Assembly (NCBI GenBank): GCA_041752595.1
Contig: JBGSWE010000009.1
Span: 1-48,870 of the forward strand
Origin: Candidatus Saccharimonadales bacterium
GTDB lineage: Bacteria > Patescibacteriota > Saccharimonadia > Saccharimonadales > JACDBH01
DNA: 48,870 nucleotides
Direction of reading: 5' to 3'
The stretch's first letter is position 1; each line of letters opens with the position of its first letter. The position numbers were made by a program, and so were the translations under genes. Of the stretch, positions 40,489 to 48,870 are shown piece after piece. The notes beneath the pieces were generated by a model, which saw only the letters and a list, made by a program, of their open reading frames with translations, was not told the DNA's origin and ran no database searches.

Positions 40489-42264
40489 ATGATTGATCAT
40501 GGTACAAAACTTAGGTGGCGACGTAAGTTTAGGCGTCAGCAGCGCAAAATAGAGGATATTGGTTCTAATACTGAAGAAAACTTGGATCGTCATTTTTTTA
40601 GGCGTCTAGGAAGGCTTTATAACGTTAGAAGATTCATGTTCATCTGGATTGTATTAATTGTAACCTTAATGGGTGGAGTAGCCTTACAGACTAGAGCGCT
40701 AGGAAATTATTATCTCAAAACCGTACCAATACCGGGCGGAATATACAACGAAGGCGTACTAGGTGTTTACACTAACTCCAATCCAATCTATGCATCTAGT
40801 GAGATTGATTCATCAGTGTCTAGATTACTCTATTCAGGACTCCTAACCTTTAATCAAGATAACGTATTAACCGGTGACCTAGCTGATAACTGGACTATAG
40901 ACGAATCTGGTAAAAAATATACAGTAGTATTAAGAGACAACCTGAAGTGGCATGACGGTCAGCCGCTTACTTCAGAGGATGTAGTATTTACTTATCTCAC
41001 AATACAAAACCCAGACGCAAGATCCCCGTTATTTTCAAGCTGGCAAGGCATAAAAGTTTCTGCAATAGACAATAAGACTGTCGTATTTGAGTTACCTAGT
41101 ATTCTGGCATCATTCCCTTATTCGTTAACAACCGGAATAATTCCTCAGCATAAACTTAAAGATGTTGAACCAGGAGAGCTTAGGGGTTCATTATTTAACA
41201 CGGTTGAGCCTGTCGGATCTGGCCCATTTAGGTGGAAAACCGTCGAAGTCTTTGGCGATACCGCAGAAGATAGAGAACAGCGCATAGACCTTTTAGCCAA
41301 TGAAGATTATTACAGAGGCAAACCCAAACTAAATGAATTTATCTTACGAGCATACTTAAATGAATCAACTTTAGTAACTAGCTTCAACGAGGGTGAACTA
41401 AACGGCGTCGCTGGGGCTATTTCGGTTCCTTTAACTAACGAAAACTCAAAAGAAAACAAACTTACCCTAACTGGCGGAGTTATGGTTTTCTTCAGAACAG
41501 ATCAAGCCTATTTGCAGGACGCTAAGGTTAGGCGAGCATTAACGCAGGCAACCAATCAACAGGAAATAATAAATCAATTATCAGACGAAGAATCTAGGGT
41601 AGACTCCCCGCTACTTAAAGAACATGTTGGATATCAGCCTACAATTACTCAGTATCCTTATGATGTAGAGGCCTCAAAAGTGTTACTAGATCAAGCTGGC
41701 TGGAAGGTGGATGGTTCTAGTGGGCTCAGGACAAAAGATGGTAATACGCTAACTATACAACTAAATACATTTAGCAATGCAGAGTATGCGGCGATAGCTG
41801 GGTTGCTGCAAAAGCAATGGCGAGAAGTTGGTGTTGATTTACTGGTTAGTTCTTTGTCGCAGCGAGATTTACAAACCGCGATTGATAACAGAAGCTATGA
41901 TGCTTTAGTTTACGGTATTGTTATGGGACAGGATCCTGATCAATTTGCGTATTGGCACAGTACTCAAGCAGATGTCAGAGCACAAAGACGCTTAAACTTC
42001 TCAAATTATAACAATAAAACATCAGACAATGCCCTTGAGGCTGGTCGGACACGTATTGATCCAGAACTTCGCAGTGCAAAATACCTTCCGTTTTTACAGA
42101 ATTGGCGCGAAGATGCTCCTGCCATTGGGCTTTATAGGCCAAAATTTACTTATACAAGTTATGGTAATTTATATAACTTCGACCAAAAAGCTATTAATAG
42201 TCCAACCGACAGATACAACTATGTTGAAAACTGGATGATTCGGTCTGAACGCGCTATAAAGTAA
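40489..42264 (+). CDS. Peptide ABC transporter substrate-binding protein, family 5, TM-anchored
   Basis: GDLA..W, KWHDGQPLTSEDVVFT, PVGSGPF, VRRAL, LLDQAGW, DPD..WHS. Confidence 0.92.
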   Translation: MIDHGTKLRWRRKFRRQQRKIEDIGSNTEENLDRHFFRRLGRLYNVRRFMFIWIVLIVTLMGGVALQTRALGNYYLKTVPIPGGIYNEGVLGVYTNSNPIYASSEIDSSVSRLLYSGLLTFNQDNVLTGDLADNWTIDESGKKYTVVLRDNLKWHDGQPLTSEDVVFTYLTIQNPDARSPLFSSWQGIKVSAIDNKTVVFELPSILASFPYSLTTGIIPQHKLKDVEPGELRGSLFNTVEPVGSGPFRWKTVEVFGDTAEDREQRIDLLANEDYYRGKPKLNEFILRAYLNESTLVTSFNEGELNGVAGAISVPLTNENSKENKLTLTGGVMVFFRTDQAYLQDAKVRRALTQATNQQEIINQLSDEESRVDSPLLKEHVGYQPTITQYPYDVEASKVLLDQAGWKVDGSSGLRTKDGNTLTIQLNTFSNAEYAAIAGLLQKQWREVGVDLLVSSLSQRDLQTAIDNRSYDALVYGIVMGQDPDQFAYWHSTQADVRAQRRLNFSNYNNKTSDNALEAGRTRIDPELRSAKYLPFLQNWREDAPAIGLYRPKFTYTSYGNLYNFDQKAINSPTDRYNYVENWMIRSERAIK

Positions 42265-42266
42265 GT

Positions 42267-42674
42267 CTAAGCAGCATTTTGTAGTTCCAGCGGTTGTTCT
42301 AGTGTTTGAGAATTAACGTTTTCTAATACGTCTTTTATTCGTAAGACCACGCGTACCGCTAGTGTGTTTCCGTATGGGTCCAAAATATCAATTGGGTTAT
42401 GCGAAACAATACCAAACAACCTATCATTCACACTTGACATGGGGCTATGTAAAAATTGCAAAGGATTTTCTGGGGAAAGTGGGAATTTTTTCGGATCAAT
42501 ATTTTCTTTTGGTCGAGAAGACAATACAACAGGTAGCCCATCTCTTGTTACTTCCTGTGACAATACAAAAGTTACAAATGTCTTCTGGTCTAACCATGTA
42601 AAGTTATTTGGATCAATTTCTTCACCACCCTCTGCCGTTATTACAGAAATCGAAGTTAATCTTTGTTTTTCCAT
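42267..42674 (-). CDS. Hypothetical protein (135 aa)
   Basis: AAGGA RBS; fills the gap between flanking genes. Confidence 0.6.
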   Translation of the reverse strand: MEKQRLTSISVITAEGGEEIDPNNFTWLDQKTFVTFVLSQEVTRDGLPVVLSSRPKENIDPKKFPLSPENPLQFLHSPMSSVNDRLFGIVSHNPIDILDPYGNTLAVRVVLRIKDVLENVNSQTLEQPLELQNAA

Positions 42675-42828
42675 ACATTTATTCCTTAAGTGTATACAAA
42701 TTACTCTTATGCTTAATTATACGCTCGCCTGTCAAATAAGTAGTTTATAAGATTTCAAATATCACTAACAAATCAAAAAGCCAAGCAAATAGCTGACATT
42801 TTGACAAGTATAGATCGTAGTACTTTAA

Positions 42829-45168
42829 CTACACTTGATTAGTTGGCGAAGAAGCTTTATCTTCTGGCGGGATAGGTGCATTGATAGTCTGCTGTGGAGC
42901 TGGTGAGACGGGCGCTAACGGGGGTTGATTAGGAATTGGGGTCTGCAATGTAGCTTGAGGAGCTATTGTTGGCTGAACAGGCGTTCCAACATTAACATAT
43001 TGTACTTGCTGCGCAGGGTCTGTTTTTGCAATAGGCGGAATACCTCCAATAGCAACATGTCCTGCATATGCTCTATGTCCTCTATGTTGCCTATATATGA
43101 GAGTAGCAGTGACCCCTAAACCAATAACCACCACTAAACTACCTATTCCTACCAACAAAATAGGGAAGTCTTTTATATCTTCTCCATCTAGGATTTTTTG
43201 TTCACTCGTGGCAATAAATTGGGTTACATTAGGGTGTTGTTGGTATAGTGATTCTACTTTTTCGAAATTCTTTAATGCCTTAGAGTAGCGGGCATTATAG
43301 AAGTTTTCAATGCCTTTTTCCCATTCTTTTTGCGTTTCGCTTTCAGTATTGAACTCAACTGATTTACTAGCGGCTAGGTCCTTAAGATCTTTTATGTCAC
43401 GAATATAGTTAAATGTTCCATCTCCTTTGCCACCCCCATCACTTGTGTAGGTAGCAAGTCCAATAACTTGACCGCTGCTATTTAGCGCCGGTCCACCACT
43501 ATTGCCGTGACCAATTGTCGTGTCAGTCTCTATAAGCACCTTGTCACTACCGGAAGCATTTTTGATAGAAGAAACGGTACCAGAAGTAAGCGTCACTCTA
43601 CTTTGATCAGAATCAACCAATCCATTATCGGAAGCATTACCAGGGTAACCCAGTATTAACAATTCGCTTCCTTGAGTTAATGATTTGGCATCCCCAAGTT
43701 TAACAATAGGGAAATTATCACCATTAATTTTTATTATTGCTACATCAGATGCCTTGAAACCATCTATACCATCTAGAACTCTATAATCAGATGCGATTAA
43801 TGTTGCGCGCTTAATTGTATTTTGTTCCGTGTATTCTTTTCTGTTGGTAGTTAACTCTATCAACTCTTCAATATCTGGTTTTTCTTCATTTAATCCTACC
43901 AATAAGTTAGAAACATTATTAGTTGCAGTAAATATATCTTCTGGCAAGCGTTCATATAATGCATCTACAATTTTTGCAGCAAATTCTTCTTCGGTCTTAG
44001 CTGAACTAAATTCGCTTTCGGATAATTTTGCAAGATCTATTAACTCGGCAAGGAATTGAGGTTTTCCTGCTATAACGTCATTAACTGCACTTAAAATTAC
44101 TATGTCTTTAATGCTTGTTGCAGCTACATGTCCATTTGTAGCTATGTAGCCGTTTTCAGAAACAATAAAGCCACTACCGGTTGAGCCATCACAGGCATCT
44201 CTTAAATAGGGTTTGCCATCTAGTAATATATCCATGCAATAGACGTTATAAATTTTTACAACTGCAGGACTATATAGCGAAGTTGTTTTTTCTTTATTAT
44301 TAATGTTACTTTCTGCAGCGTATGCAACTTTTGTAAATAATACTGTGTCTAAAATAGTTTGACTTCGTTCAATTTTTGTTTTGTTTGCAAAAGTGCCATT
44401 ATTTATTAAACGAGTGATTGGTTTAGCGAAATTTATTGATTCAATTACCGGGTTGTACAGTTCGCCGCTACCGGTACCGCTATTAATTTTTATAATAAAT
44501 GCTTTACCCTCTAAAGTTCCTAGGTATACGGTAGTCGACGCTTTAATTTTTGAAAGCACCCCATTTTTTGCAGAAGTTTCCCATGTATTCTTTTGGAAAG
44601 ATTTTCCACCGACTTGGACAGTTTCAGAAAAAACCCTTTGTACAGTAGTAAGCTTAGTATCGACACCTTCATAGATAATTTTGGACTCTAATTCATTTAA
44701 TGATGGGTCATCGTAATCTTTGGCGGGCGTATCTTTGGCGTAGGTGATTGTCATTGAGCTACCAGCTGTTTTATTTATGTACAAAGAAGGGGATACTCTT
44801 ACTTGTTCGTAAGCTCTATTTGTAGATAGTTCATCACCAATAAACAAATTACCAGAATTTGAGTCAATCCCACCGGCGTAGAAGTTTCTTGTGTCATAAA
44901 TGAGCGTAAAACCATATGTAGAGCTAACTGAAGCTTGATTTGACTGTTCGACACCGAATAAGGTACTAAAATAATTCTCTGCACCGTCAAGTGCTCTGTT
45001 TAGCTGTGTCCTATACTGCAAGCTAAACATAATTAGTATTACGCTAAATATAATAAAAATAGCCAAAGAACTCAAATGGCGTTTTCTGTAACGTTTTACG
45101 TGGTGATGCTTTATTTTTACTTGTTTAGAAATATTAGTCGTTTTATTTTTTAATGATTTTACAGGCAT
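42829..45168 (-). CDS. Membrane-anchored trypsin-like (S1C) serine protease without PDZ domain
   Basis: GSGFIV, ATNGHV (His), SDVAII (Asp), GYP, GNSGGP (Ser); N- and C-terminal TMs; Pro/Gln-rich tail. Confidence 0.9.
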   Translation of the reverse strand: MPVKSLKNKTTNISKQVKIKHHHVKRYRKRHLSSLAIFIIFSVILIMFSLQYRTQLNRALDGAENYFSTLFGVEQSNQASVSSTYGFTLIYDTRNFYAGGIDSNSGNLFIGDELSTNRAYEQVRVSPSLYINKTAGSSMTITYAKDTPAKDYDDPSLNELESKIIYEGVDTKLTTVQRVFSETVQVGGKSFQKNTWETSAKNGVLSKIKASTTVYLGTLEGKAFIIKINSGTGSGELYNPVIESINFAKPITRLINNGTFANKTKIERSQTILDTVLFTKVAYAAESNINNKEKTTSLYSPAVVKIYNVYCMDILLDGKPYLRDACDGSTGSGFIVSENGYIATNGHVAATSIKDIVILSAVNDVIAGKPQFLAELIDLAKLSESEFSSAKTEEEFAAKIVDALYERLPEDIFTATNNVSNLLVGLNEEKPDIEELIELTTNRKEYTEQNTIKRATLIASDYRVLDGIDGFKASDVAIIKINGDNFPIVKLGDAKSLTQGSELLILGYPGNASDNGLVDSDQSRVTLTSGTVSSIKNASGSDKVLIETDTTIGHGNSGGPALNSSGQVIGLATYTSDGGGKGDGTFNYIRDIKDLKDLAASKSVEFNTESETQKEWEKGIENFYNARYSKALKNFEKVESLYQQHPNVTQFIATSEQKILDGEDIKDFPILLVGIGSLVVVIGLGVTATLIYRQHRGHRAYAGHVAIGGIPPIAKTDPAQQVQYVNVGTPVQPTIAPQATLQTPIPNQPPLAPVSPAPQQTINAPIPPEDKASSPTNQV

Positions 45169-45310
45169 ATAGCAAAAATCCACCCTTAGCATTGTTTATA
45201 GTTAAAACCTTTAGCATATTGTAACACCACAAAAATAATTTTGCTTAGTAATTTAAGTGTTTATGCTATCATTGTTCTATATATATTAACTGAGGGTAAC
45301 AATTTAAAAA

Positions 45311-46948
45311 ATGAGCAAAGTTGCGCATTATTTGCAGGAGCATCTTGTAGGCGAAGTTATCACTAGTCCAGACGCTAGGCGTTATTTTTCTACAGATACT
45401 AGTATTTTCACTCTTACGCCTGCAATAGTTGTATATCCACGAAACGAGAACGATGTTCGCAAGACGGCCAGATTTACTTGGCAACTTGCTGAGCGTGGTA
45501 GGGTAATCCCAATAACTGCACGCGGATCAGGCACTGATCAGACTGGCGCAGCAATCGGCAGCGGCGTCATGATGGTGTTCCCGGCTCATATGAACAAGAT
45601 TCTAGAGTTGGACCCTAAAAACGGAAGTGTTGCAGTGCAGCCAGGCTTAAATTATGGCAAACTTCAACAAACTCTTCATACGCACGGTAGGTTTTTACCA
45701 CCCTATCCAGCGAGCATAGAGTACTGCACTATTGGTGGTGCAATTGGTAATAATGCCGCTGGTGAAAAAAGCATCAAATACGGTACAACAAAAGATTTTG
45801 TTCGTAGCCTCAGAATTGTGCTAGCTAACGGGGAAGTTATCGAGACTAGGCGACTTAATAAGCGTGAACTAAACAAGAAGATGGGTTTAAGTAGCTTCGA
45901 GGGTGAAGTCTACCGGACGCTAGATGCCCTAATAGAAGAAAACAAAGATTTAGTAAAACTAACAAAAAAAGAAGTAACAAAAAACTCGTCTGGTTATAAT
46001 TTGCACGAAATCAAGCGCAAAGATGGGTCTTTTGACCTTACTAAGCTAATAATTGGCTCACAAGGCACCTTAGGGATTGTCACTGAGGCTATAATAGAAA
46101 CAGAGGGCTATAACCCCCACACTAGCTTGCTAGTAGCTAATTTCAAAGACATAGAAGATGCCGCCAAAGCTATCTTAGAACTAAAGCGTTTGCCATCTAG
46201 TCCAAGTGCAATGGAGATGGTAGACGAAAATCTACTTAATTTTATAGACAAAACTAATCCAAACCAACTTAAAGGTTTATTAGAAAAGCCCTTTGATAAA
46301 GTTGTGTTATTGGTTGAGTTTGATGATGCAAATTCTAGGTTACAGAAACGAATGGCAAAAAAAGCCAAAAAAATTCTAGAAAACTATAGTTCAGCAGTAC
46401 AGCTAGAAACAGATTCAGAAAAACAAGAAAGCTTATGGAAAATCCGCCACTCGGCAGCCAGCGTAGCTTCTTATTACGAAGGTAGCACAAAAGCACTTCC
46501 TATTATTGAGGACGGTGTTGTTCCTCCAGAAATGATCGGCGAATATATACATAGTGTGTATGCTTTGTTTGAACGATATAACTTGCAAGTAGCACTGTGG
46601 GGTCATGCGGGCAGCGGCAACCTTCACATGCAACCGTTTCTTGATCTCAGCAATCTGGGTGATAGGCAAAAAATATTTCGCTTAATAGATGAATATCATA
46701 AGTTGGTTATAGGTATGGGCGGTTCACTCAGTGGCGAGCATGGTGACGGCCGTTTACGCGGACCATATTTATCAGATCTTTATGGCCCAGAAGTTTATAA
46801 TTTGTTTACCAAAGTTAAAAACATATTTGACCCGCACGGTACACTTAACCCAAATGTTAAGACAGGTGTAAGCCTTGATGACATTAAGCCACTACTTAGG
46901 AACGAATATTCCCTAGATCATCTGTATGACCATATGCCCAGAACATAA
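45311..46948 (+). CDS. FAD-linked oxidoreductase, GlcD/D-2-hydroxyacid dehydrogenase-like
   Basis: RGSGT..G, CTIGG.IGNNA, GSQGTLGIVT, GHAGSGNLH, SGEHGDG, FDP...LNP. Confidence 0.92.
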   Translation: MSKVAHYLQEHLVGEVITSPDARRYFSTDTSIFTLTPAIVVYPRNENDVRKTARFTWQLAERGRVIPITARGSGTDQTGAAIGSGVMMVFPAHMNKILELDPKNGSVAVQPGLNYGKLQQTLHTHGRFLPPYPASIEYCTIGGAIGNNAAGEKSIKYGTTKDFVRSLRIVLANGEVIETRRLNKRELNKKMGLSSFEGEVYRTLDALIEENKDLVKLTKKEVTKNSSGYNLHEIKRKDGSFDLTKLIIGSQGTLGIVTEAIIETEGYNPHTSLLVANFKDIEDAAKAILELKRLPSSPSAMEMVDENLLNFIDKTNPNQLKGLLEKPFDKVVLLVEFDDANSRLQKRMAKKAKKILENYSSAVQLETDSEKQESLWKIRHSAASVASYYEGSTKALPIIEDGVVPPEMIGEYIHSVYALFERYNLQVALWGHAGSGNLHMQPFLDLSNLGDRQKIFRLIDEYHKLVIGMGGSLSGEHGDGRLRGPYLSDLYGPEVYNLFTKVKNIFDPHGTLNPNVKTGVSLDDIKPLLRNEYSLDHLYDHMPRT

Positions 46949-47013
46949 ACGGGGCAATAATATACCTTGCCTGGTAATTGGCTAAATGAACTATAACGTC
47001 TTGTATACAAAAA

Positions 47014-47712
47014 TCATTTAATTTTAAGCCAAAAAGCATCCGCCCAGTGTTTGTAGCTAATATTGTTTGGATGAAACAAGTCAGGTGCAAAACCAAAAAT
47101 TGTTTGGTTGTCGGTTGTTTGTTTTTGCAAATCTACAAAAATTAACTTTGGATATTTAGCCAGTTCTTCTTCTATCACCTTGCTCGCAAGGCGGGCGTTA
47201 TTGGTGCTACCTGGTCGGCTATTAAATAAAGGCATGTTACTTACGTATGTTCCATCTGGCAAACTATCAAGCACCTGCCTAAACTCAGTTGTAAACTTAT
47301 TTACTTCAAAATCTTTTACGTCATTAGCACCAATTTCTATGGTTACAAAATCTGCTTTAATTTTGCTAATTTTAGGTGCTTGTTCGGTTAAATAATCTGA
47401 TAGTTTGGCGCCTGTTTTACTGATATTAACAATCCGCACAGTTTTACCGGTCTTTTGTTCTAGTCGTTTTGCTGTAATACCAACGTAGCCTCGCATTGGA
47501 CTACTTGCTCCAATACCCTGGGCTGCAGAATCACCCAGTGCAAGATAAGTTAATTCCCCGGTTTCATTTGCGGCTCTATCCCAGTATGTTTTGTATGAAC
47601 TAACTGTAGAAAATAGCCACAAAAGAGCCAAAATTTCTAGCGCCACGAGCAAGCTAATAATAATCAGTATCATTTTTTTCTTGCTCCTTATATTCTTTTC
47701 TTTTTTATTCAC
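47014..47712 (-). CDS. SGNH/GDSL hydrolase, N-terminally anchored
   Basis: LGDS, G block, IGAND, DLFHP. Confidence 0.92.
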   Translation of the reverse strand: MNKKEKNIRSKKKMILIIISLLVALEILALLWLFSTVSSYKTYWDRAANETGELTYLALGDSAAQGIGASSPMRGYVGITAKRLEQKTGKTVRIVNISKTGAKLSDYLTEQAPKISKIKADFVTIEIGANDVKDFEVNKFTTEFRQVLDSLPDGTYVSNMPLFNSRPGSTNNARLASKVIEEELAKYPKLIFVDLQKQTTDNQTIFGFAPDLFHPNNISYKHWADAFWLKIK

Positions 47713-47750
47713 TACTACCTAAGCATAGCATCTATTGGTTTTATTGATTT

Positions 47751-48713
47751 CTAAACAATTTTTACGACTACGTTGCCAGTCTTCTGTTCTGTTTCGACAT
47801 ATTTAGTTGCTTCTACGATTTCATCAAATTTATAAATTTTATCGATAAGTGGTTTGTAATCTCCACTATCAAGCAATTTTGCTATATGTTGCATTGTTTC
47901 TTGATTTATCTTGGGTATTGGAAACATTACGCGGCGACTACCAATAATTAAAAACCATAATGCCAATATTGGATTCTGTAGCTTCGGACCTAGCTCAGAT
48001 GAGCAGTACTTACCTGTGGGTTTCAATAATTTCCTACATTCCCCATAGGAACTTTTGCCAACTGCATCAAACACTAAATCAAACTTATAATTAATTTGTG
48101 TAAAATCTTGTTTCTGGTAGTCAATAACCTCGTCTGCACCTAAATTTTTAACTATTTTTATATTTTTTGTGCCACAAACAGCTGTCACTTCTGCACCAAT
48201 GCTTTTTAATATTTGTACAGCGGCCGAACCAATCGCGCCAGATGCTCCATACACTAGTACAGTTTGATGCTTTGTTATTTGGGCTGATTTAATATAGCTT
48301 AATGCGTAGGTAGCTCCCTCGCCAGCTGGTGCTACTTCTTCATAGCTAAAACCTTTAGGTATTTTAGCAACCGAGCCATTTGCTGTTTGAGCCTTGTATT
48401 CTGCATGCGCTCCGACTCTCACGTCTTCAAAACCAAATACTTTGTCGCCTGACTTAAAGTTTTTAACATTCTCACCAATTTCTACGACTCTGCCAGCGAA
48501 TTCACTACCAGCAATTGGGTTTTTAGGCTTGAAAATGCCTGTAATAAACCTGGTAATAAAATATTGTGCACTCCTAAAACCACAATCAGTTCGATTAACT
48601 GTAGTTGCATAAATCTTAATTAGGATTTCATCTTCATTAATTCTAGGCATGTCGACATCTTTTATTAAAAGGACATCTGGGGAACCGTAATTGGTAAAAG
48701 TAACTGCTCTCAT
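47751..48713 (-). CDS. NAD(P)-dependent MDR-family oxidoreductase (quinone-oxidoreductase-like)
   Basis: YGSPDVL, G.EFAG.V, YGASGAIG, LGADEVIDY, GNVVV. Confidence 0.92.
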   Translation of the reverse strand: MRAVTFTNYGSPDVLLIKDVDMPRINEDEILIKIYATTVNRTDCGFRSAQYFITRFITGIFKPKNPIAGSEFAGRVVEIGENVKNFKSGDKVFGFEDVRVGAHAEYKAQTANGSVAKIPKGFSYEEVAPAGEGATYALSYIKSAQITKHQTVLVYGASGAIGSAAVQILKSIGAEVTAVCGTKNIKIVKNLGADEVIDYQKQDFTQINYKFDLVFDAVGKSSYGECRKLLKPTGKYCSSELGPKLQNPILALWFLIIGSRRVMFPIPKINQETMQHIAKLLDSGDYKPLIDKIYKFDEIVEATKYVETEQKTGNVVVKIV

Positions 48714-48778
48714 TAAATATAACTATAACAGAGGAGTTTATGAAACGCGCCCCACCACTATCGGACTAGTCTAGGGTA

Positions 48779-48807
48779 TTGACTTTTAAGATAAGATGTG
48801 CTATAAT
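48779..48807 (+). promoter_or_regulatory. Strong sigma70 promoter for a gene starting just beyond the window
   Basis: TTGACT-17 nt-TATAAT with TG-C extended -10; GAGGTG SD in the last 12 nt of the window. Confidence 0.8.
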
Positions 48808-48870
48808 AGATAGGTTAGGGTTAATTCCTTAGCATTTGTTAGTTCGTTCCTTCAAAACAGAGGTGAAACA

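Overview
AT-rich, gene-dense bacterial chromosome segment using genetic code 11 (TGA is a stop). The short AlaRS, the FtsA-like/baseplate-J-like/ruvX/mltG block, the holin-secG-SBP5 block and many acidic orphan genes suggest Patescibacteria, probably Saccharibacteria (inference). Housekeeping genes: alaS, ruvX, mltG, obgE, sbcB, uvrA, dedA, rplY, trhO, uvrC, pepP, secG. No rRNA, tRNA, CRISPR array, transposase or integrase is recognisable. Highlights: (1) a 13.5 kb accessory island (23.5-37.0 kb) whose coupled membrane-anchored orphan genes surround a 964-aa LysM + MepA-like + lysozyme-like wall hydrolase, ending at a convergent lipoprotein class A PBP; (2) tandem LysM-CHAP paralogs that appear to start at non-canonical codons (ATC, probably CTG); (3) an actin-like ATPase coupled to a membrane-anchored baseplate-J-like protein with no phage context; (4) pervasive leaderless promoter-to-start spacing in core genes; (5) a small membrane protein gene with a perfect promoter and long structured 3' region; (6) small ORFs missed by the ORF track.
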